Program-made: the position numbers and the translations under genes | Part shown: in pieces, positions 15,871-30,234 of the stretch | Numbering within the stretch: the stretch's first letter is position 1 | Layout of the letters: each line of letters opens with the position of its first letter | The notes under the pieces: model-generated | What the model was told of the DNA's origin: nothing | Seen by the model: the letters and a program-made list of their open reading frames with translations, nothing else | Database searches by the model: none | Assembly: GCF_009914755.1 (NCBI RefSeq) | Contig: NC_060932.1 | Strand: one strand, 5' to 3' | Source of the DNA: the human T2T-CHM13v2.0 reference genome, Homo sapiens | Length of the DNA stretch: 64,000 nucleotides

Positions 15871-16287
15871 CAACACACAAACACTTTTTTCTGAAAGGCA
15901 GCATTTCAAGGCTTTCATTTGCCATATCTACATTGCCAGCACCACTATTCTTGCACTTTGGGGCCATTATTAAGTAAAACAAGAGTGACTTGAACACAAG
16001 CACCACAATACCATGACAGTCCATCTGACTACCAAGAAGGCTACTAAGTAACTAACGGGCAGATAATGCAGACACCACGGAAATGCTGGACAAAGGGATG
16101 AGCCACATCCTGGGCTGGATGGAGCAGGTTGGCAAAAGATTTCCTCAAGCTACTCGGAACAGCGAGTGATTCAAAATTTATGAATTGTTTATTTCTGGAA
16201 TGTTCCACTTATATTTTTAGATCTCTGTTGATCTTGAGTAATTGAAGGATCAGAAAGCAAAAGCACAGATCATGGAAGACTACTGTA

Positions 16288-17100
16288 GAGTTCACCCTTC
16301 AACAACACAGGTTTGAACTGCACGGGTCCACTTATATATGGATTTTTTTCAATAAGTACACAAATACAGAATGGACATGACTCCAATCACAGTCAAAAGA
16401 CACATTAATGCAATATTAAATCATAACTGCATAAAATTAACTGGTACATACTTTACTACTGTAATAATTTTGTAGCCACCTCCTGTTGCTGTTGCAGTGA
16501 GCTCCAGTGTTGTAAGTATCCATTTAAAAAGTCATATGTCACTAATCATCTAACATTGAGTTGTTCCTCTCTCCGGTAAATTGCACAGTAAAAAGTGACC
16601 TCTCGTGGTCCTCCCATATTTTTCATTGTGTTTAGTGCAATACCATAAGCCTTGAATAACACCATGGGACCCATACGAAGTGCCAATAGTGATGCTGGAA
16701 GTGCTCCCAAGGAGCAAAGTTGTGACATTACAAGAAAAAGTTGAATCTCTTGATATGTACTATAGATTAAGGTCTGCTACAGTGGTTGCTGCCATTTCAG
16801 AAATACAATTCATCTTGAAACAGATGAATAAACTTCTGGTATTCACAAGTACAGGGTTATTGGAAGGTATTTTCTCTTCCTTGTATTTTCTTAATAACAT
16901 GTTCTTTTCTCTTACTTTATTGTAAGATTGCAGTATATAATACAAAATATGTATTAATTGACTTTATGTAATCAATAATACTTCTGGTCAAGGGTAGGCT
17001 GTTGGTAGTTAAGCTTTTGGGGAGTCAAAAGCTATACTCAAATTTTTGACTGCATAGGGAGTTGATGTCCCTAACTCCGGCGTCGTTCAAGGGTCCACTG
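16288..17100 (+). mobile_element. Tigger2-family internally deleted DNA transposon
   Basis: TIR-like ends 'gagttcacccttcaacaacacaggtttgaactgcacgggtccac' / 'gttcaagggtccactg'; transposase remnant MGPIRSA...TLQEKVESLDMYYRLRSA. Confidence 0.85.
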
Positions 17101-17386
17101 AACTGTTTATTAACTTGCATGCTCCAGTAGGAAAAGGCAACATTCTGATCACTTCTCAGTATTGACTTGTCCTTAGTTTATACTGAGTGAATTGTTTTTG
17201 AGTTAATGAAATGAAGACATAAAATGTTTTTGTCACTTAAGTTTTAAAAGAGTTAACTGTTGAGAAACGTGGCAATTCAATTCAACTTGATCTCATCAAA
17301 GCATAAGGTTTACCAATATTTCACTGCCTACCAGATTGACATTTTCATGCCACTCTATAACCTCTATTGGAAGAATTTTGTTTAGC

Positions 17387-17625
17387 TATCAGGAGATCAT
17401 TTTCCAAGAATATTTTTACATTTCTGGACAATCTGGGGTTTCTGAGCAAAGGGCATTGGTTAAAGGATCCCTAAGAACAAATATGCCTTGGAAGCTAGAG
17501 ATAATATATTATTCCAGAGAAATGTAGTGTTATCTCCCTAGAACCATTAGCTTATATTCCAGGCTAGGGAGTCTAGAGACTTTCCCTTTCCTCACTGGAG
17601 AAGATCTGTTTACATTCCAGAGTAA

Positions 17626-17670
<45 letters not shown>

Positions 17671-17893
17671 GGAGGGAAGATGGGCTGTTACACCAACCAC
17701 TCTACTTGAGCTCCAAGTCTCATAATTTCAGGATTCCTCTCTTGGGGTGTAATACCTTCTGCATGTGCAGGGTAATATAAGGCCTTTACTGTGTCACCCC
17801 ATAGAGACTGGAGCTCTGTGAGAACTGACATGTTCTATAAATAACAAATGGTCTGTTCTCTCATCCAGATACTTATTTCCTGTCAGAATCTGA
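17387..17893 (+). mobile_element. Probable old ERVL LTR (LTR40-like)
   Basis: Motifs 'gccttggaagctagagataat', 'caggattcctctcttg', 'ctgcatgtgcagg' resemble the recalled LTR40 consensus; heavily diverged. Confidence 0.45.
17629..17666. repeat. (TC)19 microsatellite
   Basis: Perfect dinucleotide run. Confidence 0.97.
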
Positions 17894-18229
17894 ACATATA
17901 TATTCATATATATAAAATATATGCTTACATATTCATATATTATATATGCTTATATATTATACAACATATTAAATTATTTATATTATAAATACGTACATAT
18001 TTAACACTAAAATATTGTGTTAAAAATGTTGTATTGCACATCATAATCCAATCTCCCTAAACATTCATTTCACCTTTCCCCAGCACAATTACATAGCAAC
18101 CGTACGTTTAACAGAGTCAGGTTTGTATTCAGTAAAACTATTCACGAGATTCCTTTATTTTTGTTGTTATTGTTGTTGTTGGTTGGTTCAGAAGCATTGC
18201 CTTAAATCATCAGCACAAGGGTTTTTTCT

Positions 18230-18644
18230 GGAAATACAGGTTGGTTCAGGAACAGGTAATGACCCACTTAAGGCTCATTATTTAGAAGGAGAATTTTGCT
18301 GGGAATTATGAAAAATCTTCTACCTCTTAAGAGAGTCATAGAAAGCTCCACACTCTCTTCTATTGAATAAGAACAAGGAGGCATTCAGACCAATGCTACT
18401 GACAGCAATCCTACAATTTAAAGGGGAAGCAGCTTAGGATAAAATGGAAACTGGAGAAGGGGAATTCGGGGAACTAGGAAAAGCCTGAGTTCTTGATGAA
18501 TGATTCCTCCGCTGCATGGGTAACTGCAAACACTTTCCTAATTCGGAACTTCCTATTTTGTGAGCAAATTAATTGCATTATGGTTTTAACTCACTTGATT
18601 TAGGTTTTGTGTTACACGCAACTGAATTCATTCTAACTGATAAA
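18230..18644 (+). mobile_element. Old MLT1 (J/K-like) LTR
   Basis: 'cctgagttcttgatga...ggaacttcctattttgtgagcaaat...ttaggttttgtgttacacgcaactgaattcattctaactgata'. Confidence 0.6.
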
Positions 18645-19184
18645 TACTTGACATAGTGTCTATGGATAATTAATTCTGAAGATCTCTTTTGCTAGATCAG
18701 CTTCTATGAAATCCAAATTATATTGTTGGGCTAATCTTATCTGAAGAAGAAAATAATTACACTAAATAGATGAAGTATGTGTAATAGCAAAGAAAAATGA
18801 CATGAAACCAGTGAATAAATGAAAATAATTATAATAAATGGATAAGTAAATAAAATATATACATATATTAGTGGCTACCCAGAAAATTACCTGTCAAAAT
18901 AAAGTTTATTTTCTTTAAGGAAGAAAGAACATTTCTTTTTCAAACAGAAATTAGCTATGAATCTTTCACACTCAGATTCTAAGTAATTGTCCCTTACTCT
19001 TTAAGTTCAATATCCTTGATAGATACAAGAAGGAAAGAGTTAAAATTCATAGAGAATTACTTTATAAACTGATTGCAAAAGAGGTCACAAGCAACAGATG
19101 TGAGAAGATAAAAGCACTTCAGGTGTTGAGCTGCCCTTTGATGCAAGCAGGCCAAATTCAAGTGGCTCTAAAAGTATTAATTTA

Positions 19185-19496
<312 letters not shown>

Positions 19497-21256
19497 TCAG
19501 GTTCAATTATGCATAGAAGAGCATAATTCTTGTTAAACCTACCAATAAGAAGAAAATGACATGGTTAGGGCCTATTGTTAGAGAAAACTCCTTGTATGTA
19601 CCCATTTATTTTATAGGACATTTTACCCTGTGCCTCATTAGGGCATTGAAAAGTAGAGTATGTGAGGTGATGCATATATTAAACAAAAAATAAAGAAATA
19701 TAGTATATTCAGGGGAAGATTTTGAGGCTAATGGGTATCCAGAAATCATCTCCTACAAGGAATGGAGAGAGAATCAAATGTATGAATGTGTCTGCCAGGT
19801 ATTGAACGAACTCAGGGAAACTTTCAGTATTCTCTAAACAATGCATATCTAGCTCCTCTCATCAGTGTGGTTCTCAGCTTTTAGTTTGCATGAGAATTAC
19901 CTAGAGATTTTATTTAAAATATAGACAACCAACACAGTAAGTACATGCACCATCTCATTCGAGATGATTCTTATAGCACCTTTATTTATAATTTTTAGCT
20001 AGATGCTAATTAACTTGCCCCAAGTTATCACTGAATTAATCACTAAACTAATAAAAGAAAAACGTATTCTTCTCTCTGTCCAAAATCTGTGCTCTTAGAC
20101 TCAACTCTACACGGTCTCATTACTAATAAATCAGAAAACAATACTAAAGTGTCAGGTTTCTTAGTACATAGTAACTACCAAAAACTGGCCAGCTTTTAAA
20201 ATATGACAGTAGCTAAGTTAGAAAGAATTGCACAAAAGTATCTGAAAAACCATTGAAAAGAACAGTTTTCCAATATTCGCCACATTATGCCCCAAAGGCA
20301 CAACAGGAAATTGAAATTTGGCATCAGGCCAGCTTTAAAGCTTTCATCATTTTAATCTTGAAAGATTATGATTCCAGCTTTAAGAAGCTTATGTGATTTA
20401 TCTTCATAGGCCAAACCAAAAAGTCCGCAGTCATTTGGAAATAGGCCCTGCCATTGTGTTCAGTGACATCTTATATTGTCAGGAAGTGATCAAGTATGCA
20501 ATTATTTTGTGTAATCCTTGCATTCCTGTTAGTATAAGCTAGAGAAAAGAAAAAAAAATTGATGATCATGTTCCTTAGTGTGAAACTGCACAAAATGCTG
20601 TCCCATTGCTGATCCCTTCTTTCCACTAAGAAATAATTATGCCACTGCGGTAGCTACAACTAAGGTACAATGAGAAAATAATTCTCTTGAAATGAACAGG
20701 AAGCTTGAGATGGAAACACATTTTCATTACTTTTCCATTTTACTTCACCAGGATTCAGTTTTTCCTTGAAATAGTATCTACTTATAAAACTAACATAAAG
20801 ACACAACTACTGCTAAGATATTCATTTATAGATATTGGGAAAAAGAGTGAAACTAGTTTCACTGTCCCTGTTTTGTTAGTGGCTGTAGTGACCATTAATT
20901 TTGTCCCTCTTGCTAACTGACCTTGACCAGCTAATAAAAAATTTCAGCATTTGAAAGAAAAAAAGCACATTTCTTCATTTCTTCTTTTGTATTCAATTAT
21001 ATTTCACTTGTATGCTTGGTATTTTTCTAAAAAGCCAAATCAAGAAAAATTCAGTAGGACTGTATCATCTAAACAAAGATTAAAAATTTTAGCACCCAAA
21101 TACATGATGTAATTTACATTTGATTATTGCTTATATCATATCCCAGCTGAAATACTAAGAGATTTCTAGTCTTTAAGTCTTTTGCATGGCAAAGACAGAG
21201 AGTAGATTCTTGATAATTTCCAATCCTGCAGCCTCCTTGGTTAAGGACATAGAGGG

Positions 21257-21651
21257 TATATTAGTCAGAGTTCTCCAAATAACCAAAAAAAAAAAAAAAA
21301 AAAATGAATGAGACATGAAAGTAGAGAAAGATTTTAAGGAATTGGTTCACACAATTGTAGGGGCTAGCAAGTCCAAAGTCTGCAAGGCAGGCCAGCACTC
21401 TGGACACCCAGGAAAGCATTGATGTTGCAATCTGAAAGCACAATTTCTCTTCCTCAGGGGCCTCAGTCTTTTCTCCCAAGGCCTTCAACTGATTGGATGA
21501 AGCTCACTCCCATTACAGAGGGACATCTGCTTTGCTCAAAATCTACTGATTTAAATTTTGAAAAGATTTTCACAGAGACATGTAGACTGGTGTTTGACCA
21601 AATATGTACATACCATGGCATAGCCAAGATAACACAAAATTAACCATCACA
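21257..21651 (-). mobile_element. MLT2 (C/D-like) ERVL LTR
   Basis: 'tatattagtcagagttctcc...ggccttcaactgattggatga...aaattaaccatcaca'. Confidence 0.85.
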
Positions 21652-21709
21652 GGAGGCCTTGGAAGACTTCACAATATCAGCAGAAATTATGTACATGGCA
21701 TATAGGTGC

Positions 21710-23868
21710 TGTATTAGTCCGTTTTCATGCTGCTGATAAAGACATACCTAAGAATGAGCAATTTACAAAAGAAAAAGTTTCAATTGACATAGTTCCACAT
21801 GGCTGGGGAAGCCTCACAATCATGGCAGAAAGCAAGGAGGAGCAAATCACATCTTGCATGGATGGCAGCAGGCAAAGAGAGAATGTATGAGCAGAGGAAA
21901 TGCCAGATGCTTATAAAATGATCAGATCTTGTGAGAACTCACTATCAAGAAAACAGTATAGGAAAACCACCCCCATGAATCAATTATCTCCACCTGGCCC
22001 CACACTTGACACGTGGGGATTATTACAATTCAAGGTGAGATTTGGGTGGGGACACAGAGCCAAATCATATCATTCTACTCCTGGCCCCTCCCAAATCTCA
22101 TGTCTTCACATTTCAAAACCAATCATGCCTTCCCTACAGTCCCCCAAAGTCTTAACTCATTCCAGCATTAATCAAAAAGTCCAAAGTCTCATCTGAGACA
22201 AGGCCTGTACAATCAAAAGCAAGCTAGTTACTTCCTGGATACAATGTGAGTACAGGTATTTGGTAAATACAGCCATTCCAAATGGGAGAAATTTGCCAAA
22301 ACAAAGGATCTACAGGGCCCATGCAAGTCTGAAATCCAGCAGGGCAGTCAAATTGTAAAGCTCCAAAATGATACCGTTTGACGCCAGGTCTCACATCCAG
22401 GTCATGCTGATGCAAGAGGTGGGTTCCCATGGTCTTAGGCAGCTCCATCCCTATGGCTGTGCAGGGTACAGCCTCCCTCCTGGCTGCTTTCACAGGCTGG
22501 TGTTGAGTGTCTGTGGCTCTTCCAGGTGCATGGGGCAAGCTGTGGGTGGATCTACCGTTCTAGGGTCTAGAGGAAAGTGGCCCTCTTCTCACAGCTCCAC
22601 TGGGTGGCACTCCAGTAGGGACTCTAGGCAGAGTAGACGGAGGTTTCTAAACCTGAATTCTTGACTTCTTTGCACCACAGGCTCAACACCAGGTGGAAGC
22701 TTCCAAGGCTTGGAACTTGCACCCTCTGAAGCCATGGCCCAAGCTTTACCTTGGCCGCATTTAGTCATGGCTGGAGCAGCTGAGATGCAAGACACCAAGT
22801 CCCTAGACTGCGCACAACACAGGGAACCTGGGCCTGGCCCACAAAACCATTTTTCTTCCTAGGCCTATAGGCCTGTGATGGGAGGGGCTGCTGTGAAGAC
22901 TTCTGACATGTCCCGGAGACATTTTCCCCATTGTCTTGGGGATTAACATTCGGCTCCTTGTTTCTTATGCAAATTTCTGCAGCCAGTTTGAATTGCTTCT
23001 TAGGAAATTGGATTTTCTTTTCTATCACATTGTCAGGCTGCAAATTTTCTGAAATTTTATGCCCTGCTTCCTTTATAAAACTGAATGCCTTGAACAGCAC
23101 CCAAGTCACATCTTGAATGCTTTGTTGCTTGGAAATTTCTTCTGTCAGATACCCTATATCATCTCTCTCAAGTTCAAAGTTCTACAAACCTCTAGGGCAG
23201 GGGAAAAATGCCACCAGGCTCTTTGCTGAAACATAACAAGAGTCACCTTTGTTCCAGTTCCCAACAAGCCCCTCATCTCCATCTGAGACCACCTCAGCCT
23301 GGACCTTATTGTTCATATCACTATCAGCATTTTTGTCAAAGCTGTTCAGCAAGTCTCCAGGAAGTTTCAAACTTTCCCACATTTTTCTGTCTTCTTCTGA
23401 GCCCTCCAAACTGTTCCACTCTCTGCCTGTTACCCAGTTCCAAAGTTGCTTCCACATTTTTGGTTGTCTTTTTGTCAATGCCCTACTCTACAGATACCAA
23501 TTTACTGTATTAGTCCATTTTCATGCTGCTGATAAGGACATACCTGAGATGGGGCAATTTACAAAAGAAAGAGGTTTAATCTACTTACATTTCCAAATGG
23601 CTGGGGAAGCCTCACAATTGGTGGAAGGCAAAAAGGAGCAAGTCACATCTTACATGGATGGCAGCAGGCAAAGAGAGAAGGTACAAGCAGGGGAAATGCC
23701 AGATGCTTATGAAACCATCAGATCTTGTATATCTCACTATCACAAGAACAGTAAGGGGGAAACTGCCTCCATGATTCAATTATCTCCACCTGGCCCCACC
23801 CTTGACACATGGAGATTATTACAATTCAAGGAGAGATTTGGGTGGGGACACAGAGCCAAACCATATCG
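21710..23868 (-). mobile_element. Two-LTR THE1 (THE1C-like) MaLR element: LTRs 21710-22072 and 23506-23868, internal region 22073-23505
   Basis: Two direct ~363-bp LTRs flanking THE1-internal sequence; 5-bp TSD GGTGC (21705-21709 / 23869-23873). Confidence 0.95.
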
Positions 23869-23971
23869 GGTGCCATAAACAAGAGTAGACTCTTTAATTA
23901 GATGTGTAGAGGAACAACAACAAAAAAAGCTAATGACTTTTAGTTAACCATTTAAGTAGTATTAACTAGAC

Positions 23972-24146
23972 TAGTAGATTATAAAATGTGGTCCCCAGAC
24001 TAGAAACATCACCATCATGGGACCTTGTCTCAGACTTCTTTGAGACCAGATTTTTGAAACAAAAATCTGGGGGTGGGGCCCAGCAATGTGGGTTTTGACA
24101 AGCCCACTGGGGAATTCCAATGCTCACTAAAGTTTAAGAGCCAATG
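23972..24146. mobile_element. MER5A hAT MITE
   Basis: 'aaatgtggtccccagactag...ctgggggtggggcccagcaatgtgggttttgacaagccc...ctaaagtttaagagccaatg'. Confidence 0.8.
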
Positions 24147-24339
24147 AATTGGACCCTTGCATCACTACAGAATTCACACATTTCTATTTGTCTAGGGGAA
24201 AAGTTTATTTTTCTATTGCTAGTTGGTTAATGCACCTAAAAAGTATTTTTCACTCACCAACAATCATTTACCAAGTATCCACTATGTGCAGCATCTATGT
24301 GATTATTAATTCTTCTGAACTAATAAGGAGGTGACCAGC

Positions 24340-25290
24340 AAAGAGAAGTGAGGCTGCCTAGGTAGGTTGGGGCCAGTTTGTGACAGGTTTTGTTGTGTTT
24401 TTTTTTCCTTTTTTTTTTTGACACATTGAGGTTTGTTTAGACACTGATGGCTTAAATTTGTAAAAGAAAAACTTCAATTATCAAAAAAATAACTCTAAAA
24501 GCAACATGAAGAAATAGGATATCTAGGAAGTGACAGAACTGCCCATTAGAAGAGCAGTTGGGAAACAAAATAAAATAGTCCAGACAAGAAAGAAGTGAAA
24601 AGGAGTGGAAGAGAGAAAGAGAATTTCAGAAATAGAATTAATGGGAATAAGTGATCAAATGGATACAAGACATGAGTGGAGACATGTATGTATACACACA
24701 CACACGCACACACATACATGCACATTTCATGAAAGAGAAAGGCCAGATTTAAAGCAGAAAATACTTCAGACATGAATACGGAAAAGTTGGAAATGAAAGA
24801 CATCTCAGAATAAGTAATAGATATGGGACTTTTTAGTATAGAGGCCATAGCTAAAGCCATGAGAGCAGATGAAATTGCAGTTTGGAGTACTTAAACCATG
24901 ATTTTCCCAGCCTAAGTACTAGTAAGAGGAGGAGAGGCTATGATTTTCATCAGTTGTATAGTTGTTAAAACATAGTCAATACAACTAATGCAAACTAAAA
25001 AAGTAAAATTTGACATGATCTTAGCTGAAGAGGTAGGCAGATATTGAGGGCTGCTGCATTGGATAAGGCACACATGAAAGGAGACTCATACATTCCTGAA
25101 GTAAAAATGAGCAAATCGGGAGGATCTAGGCAGAATTCTACAGACGTCCAACCATTCCAGGAAAGGCAGGGGAAGAGGAGCCAATAAAGAAGGCTTAAGG
25201 GAAGCTGAAAAAGAAAGAGAGGAGATGCAGAACGCAGCAATGGTAAGAAAACCAAGACAGGAGAGCACTTGAAATGGAGGGAGTGCTAAG
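24340..25290 (-). mobile_element. Fragmentary L2
   Basis: Purine-rich L2-like segments 'taaagccatgagagcagatgaaattgc' and 'ggaagaggagccaataaagaagg'. Confidence 0.5.
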
Positions 25291-26229
25291 GAAGCCCCAT
25301 GTCCTGACGAGAACTGCAAAGCACCAAATGCAGAAGGATAACAGCAAGCCCCAGGTGCCCAGAGTAGAAATGGTCTCAAGAGTATGGGGGAGGGGAAATT
25401 CATCTTAGAGCCATCCAGTGTCTCCCACTCTCACTTCCCCTCCCTGCACAAGGAGGAAAGTGGACTCAAAGATACCACTCCTTGAGCTCCAAAATTCCAG
25501 GGCAGAGATTCCCTGAAATTAGAAATGAGCAAGTTTTAGGTGGGGCTCAGTTGGCATTTTTAGTAAGAGCCCATATAACACCAATTTGATTGTTCTGAAA
25601 AACACTCTAAGAAATACCATTATGCAGCTGCTATGAGCGAACACAGTTTCTATTAGCATCTCCTCTCTGACTTCCCATAATTTTTTGTGGGCTTCTCTCA
25701 TGAGATTTATGACACATTGTTTTATGAACACATTGTAGAAGTCATCTCAGATTCCCTACTCCCCGCCTGTCACCTGGGGCTGTTCCTTCTCATGGAAGGA
25801 CATGCTTGGTGTTGTCCCTCCCTCTCCTGGTGAGTGTCTGTCTCTGTGATGGTCTCCACTGCACCTTCTGTAAGTAGGTCCCTTTCCCATGGTGTCTTGA
25901 CCATAGTAGGTGATTGAAGAAATAAGTGTAAAGAAATATGACATGACATAATTATTTTAAAGTTGAAATTCAAATGCCATCATGATTAGCCGTTTTAAGG
26001 TACCATTATTATTTTAAGAGTGATAATTACTAGAAGTTTCCTACAGAGCTGTTATACTCATTCATGAATGAAGCAGTCATTCTAAGTTAACTGTTAAGAA
26101 TGATTCCTTTTACATTTTCTACTTTTCTACTTTTCTCATTAACATACTGATAATTTCCATTTTTTCAACATATGATGCAATTTACAAAAATTATTTCCCT
26201 GGAAGAAGAATAATACCAAAACAAATGAA

Positions 26230-26370
26230 ACCAGGCACAGTGGCCCATGCCTAAAATCCCAACTACTCTGGAGGTTGAGGCTGGAGGATCACTTAAGCCC
26301 AGGAGTTCAAGGTCAGCCTGGGAAACATAACAAGACATCTATACCCAAAATAACAAAAAATAAAACAAAA
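26230..26370 (+). mobile_element. FLAM monomer
   Basis: 'ggaggatcacttaagcccaggagttcaaggtcagcctggg' with A-rich tail. Confidence 0.8.
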
Positions 26371-27174
26371 TAAGCCTCTGGAAACTGAAAAAAAAGTTAA
26401 CATTTTGTCTAATAATCAAGATTGTCTTTTGAGAGATATTTCAGCAAAAGTTTATAGGGACATATGGAATGATTTGAACATTCATGGTACCACTACATAC
26501 ATTCTCACCCTTATCAGGAGTCATTTCTATTTCATCATAAAAAGTGAACTACTTACTAATAGCCACAAAAGTAGCCATGGGAGTAAGAAGAGAATGGGAA
26601 GTATTACTAAAAATTACTAAAAATGTCTCAAGTTTTGATCAATAGTTTTTAAAGGATAAACTGAAAAAAAGATGTGCATGGCTTCTAAATATACTATGAT
26701 CAGGAGACACGGATCAGGCAGTCTGAGAATGGGACAAAACAAAAAAAAATTTGGAGTATTCTGAAAAATCATTCCTGCTTAAATTCTACATCTAGCTGTA
26801 GATAAAGGAAGATAATTGTTCCAGGAGACAAGTGAGTTGGCTGCTTTTGAAATAGAAGGCGAGGAGAACCACAGGGAGGTAGATCATGGGGGAGAATGTA
26901 ACATAATAATATCCAAGTAACGTTACCAAAAGCAGAAATGCCTAAAGAAATAAGTCCTCAACAAGAACAAAAACCTTCAGAATCCAATTTTCAATTCAAA
27001 CTCTTTTTGACTGCTTTGATTTTTAAATTTCCATTTAACAAGAATCTCATGTAAAGTAAACAAAAAGGGAATATTTTTAAAGAAGCAAGGTATATTATGC
27101 TTTTCGGAATTCTGTAATATCAGTTTAATTGGGCCTTTGGTATACGGACCAGGGTGTATATGTCTATATCTACA

Positions 27175-27792
27175 CAGACTGTCCCCAGCTTATGATGGTT
27201 TAACTCAAGCTCATCCAACCTGCAGCCCATAGGCTGCATGAAGCCCAGGACGGCTTCGAATGTGGCCCAACATAAATTGGGCCTTCTTAAAACGTTACAA
27301 GATGTTTTCGAGCTTTCTTTTTTTTTTTTTTCTTTTTTTTTTTTTTTTAGCTTATCAGCTATTGTTAGCGTTAGAGTATTTTATGTGTGGCCCAAGACAA
27401 TTCTTCTTTCAATGTGGCCCAGGGAAGCCAAAAGATTTGACACCCCTGATTTAACTTAACAATTTTTCAACTTTATGATGGTGCAAAAGCAATACACATT
27501 CAGTATAAACTGCACTTCGACTACTCATGCAACCATTCCGTTTTTCATATTCAGTACAGTATTCAATACATCACATGAGCTATTCCACACTTTATTATAA
27601 AATAGACTCTCTATTAGATGATTTTGCCCAACTGTAGGCTAATGTTAATGTCCTGAGCACGTGTAAGGTCAGCCCATTTAAACTATAATGTTCACTGGCT
27701 ACATGTATTCAATACATTTTCAATTCACAATATTTTGAACTTGACAATAGATTTATCAGGACATAACCCCATTGTAAGAAGAGGAGCATCTG
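27175..27792 (-). mobile_element. MER47A (Tigger-family), interrupted by MER30
   Basis: Ends 'cagactgtccccagcttatgatgg' / 'ccccattgtaagaagaggagcatctg' plus TA; internal 'gatgattttgcccaactgtaggctaatg'. Confidence 0.85.
27206..27448 (-). mobile_element. MER30 hAT MITE
   Basis: 'tggcccagggaagccaaaagatttgacacccctg' terminus; 8-bp TSD gtttaact / atttaact. Confidence 0.9.
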
Positions 27793-29937
27793 TATGTCTA
27801 TAAATAGATAATATATGTATATGGATATATACACCTATATTTAAATATATACAGGCAATCTGTATATGAAATTGATAGATATAAGATATTCAGGCACACA
27901 TAATCACCTGCCAGATTATAGCAATACCAATTTGAAATTTTAGGTACTACTTGTTTAACTGGGAAGCAATTTTCTAACCTACACAAACGAGAAAACACTA
28001 AATGAAAAGTTAGATCTGCACAAAACCCAAGTTTATAATTATACTGTGATAAAGTCAATTTTAACCATTCAGTGATTTAAATGACTAATACAAAATGTCT
28101 CACAGCCTTTGTGATCAAGCTACTGAAAATAAATCATTTTATTTACAGCTATCCTCCTTATCCAAATCAGTGCCAGAAATATTGTAGGAGATCAAGAGAT
28201 TACTGTAGAAAGAAAAGTTTTCAACCAGATAGAGGCATCCACTGGCAAAAAATGAATATGCTAACTATAAACAATTTTGAACTATTTATTCAAACAAGAA
28301 CCGTTGTATGCCCTGCCTTTAAGTCTCTAAGTCACTTAAGAGTCAGGCTATACCTGTAAGTAGTTTGACAAATTTTTTTTGTTTTTCTAAATTTTTTAAT
28401 ATAGATTCTCTTTCCTTCCTCAAGGCACCCCAAATTAATGAGGTCCTGCAATTATTCATACTGCAAATATATGACGACATTCTGTTTATACTATTGTCAT
28501 GGAGTAAATGATGGCATAAGCATCAATATATTTTATTATTCTAATGTGTGATTACTCAAACATTTATGTCAGAGACACACGCAACAGAATGAAAGAAAAA
28601 TGTGATGACTGCTGACTTGCATGAAATATTCTGTATTAAATTATCCCATGGGGGTAGCCTACACAGCAGCTAAGAAATCCTTGAATTATTAAGGAAACAG
28701 TTATTTCTTTCATGATTTCTCAAGAATTTGGGTTTCTACATTTTAATAACCTTCGAAAGTGATTTTTTTAATTTAATGGAAATCTGAGTATAGTCTTAGA
28801 ATCCTAAAAGGATGTGTGTGTATATATATATATATATACACACACACATATACATTAAAGGAAAAACAGTATATTCAATGATAAGATTCGTATTTAGATT
28901 AAACTGTCAATTTTAATTGTGTCTTTGCAGGACAATGAAAGTTTTTTTTTAATGTTCGTTTACACTATCAATAGCACAAAACCTTCCTGATTTTCTTTGG
29001 TCTTACATTCAGTTAAAAAAATACGATTTTTATATTGTAATTTTTGCAATAAAGATATTTTTCTACAATGTAGAAATCTGTCTATAGCAGCACTCTTCAG
29101 CTAAATAAAAATAGCTATTGTTTCTACTGCAAAACCCACATAATACAACGCGTTTTCTGCATTTTCTGAACCAAGTCTCTAATAAGAAACAAACATCTAA
29201 GATTACCATTAAACATAGATACGTTTTGAAAGAGACTAATCTTGCTTGAGTCAAATTAAATAGGGTTAGACATGAAGGTCCACGTGAATGGTCTACTTCC
29301 TGTTCTGTCTCAAGCAAAGTACCTGCCTAGTGCAGTTCTGAGTCTGCAGCTGTCCTCTTCCCCCGAGTCTGACTGATGAAGGAGTCTTTTGTTCTACCGA
29401 TAAGTGATACATTGTGTATTGCTCAGGTGCCTTGAACAAAAAGTACAGGGCAACACAATGAGCTTCTCTACAGCCAGCTTTAAGAAGACGAAGAATAAAA
29501 GTAAAACTAGCTTTACCTGAGATGTGTTCTTTTCAATGAAACTTTCCTTTCCCATTCTAAAGGAAAATATCATTTTGTGTGTTTATAAAAGCTTATTCTA
29601 TAGTTTGTCCCTCACCCCCCACATCCCGATTCTGTGATAAAAGCAACAGGAACAGAGGTTCTCTTTTATTAAAATGGTTAATTTGGGTGAATTGCTGGCT
29701 TTTTGAAGGGGATTGTTGGAGTGACTTTATCTGAGCTAAGTTGCCTCACTTAATGTGTCTAAACAGTCAGATATAGTCATTTAAATAACCATCGATTCTA
29801 TTATTTATCAATGTAGAAGGAAGATATTTAAATCTTTTTTATATGTTCTTAAATTCACCTAATTTTTTCCTTTTTTCAACATATTTCTAAATGCAAAAAT
29901 ATAAATATATAAATAAGTCATTTAATAATATTTTTAA

Positions 29938-30234
<297 letters not shown>

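Noticed and set aside
21900-23878. Several 60-209 aa ORFs
   Set aside because: All lie in THE1 LTR or internal sequence; decayed MaLR frames.
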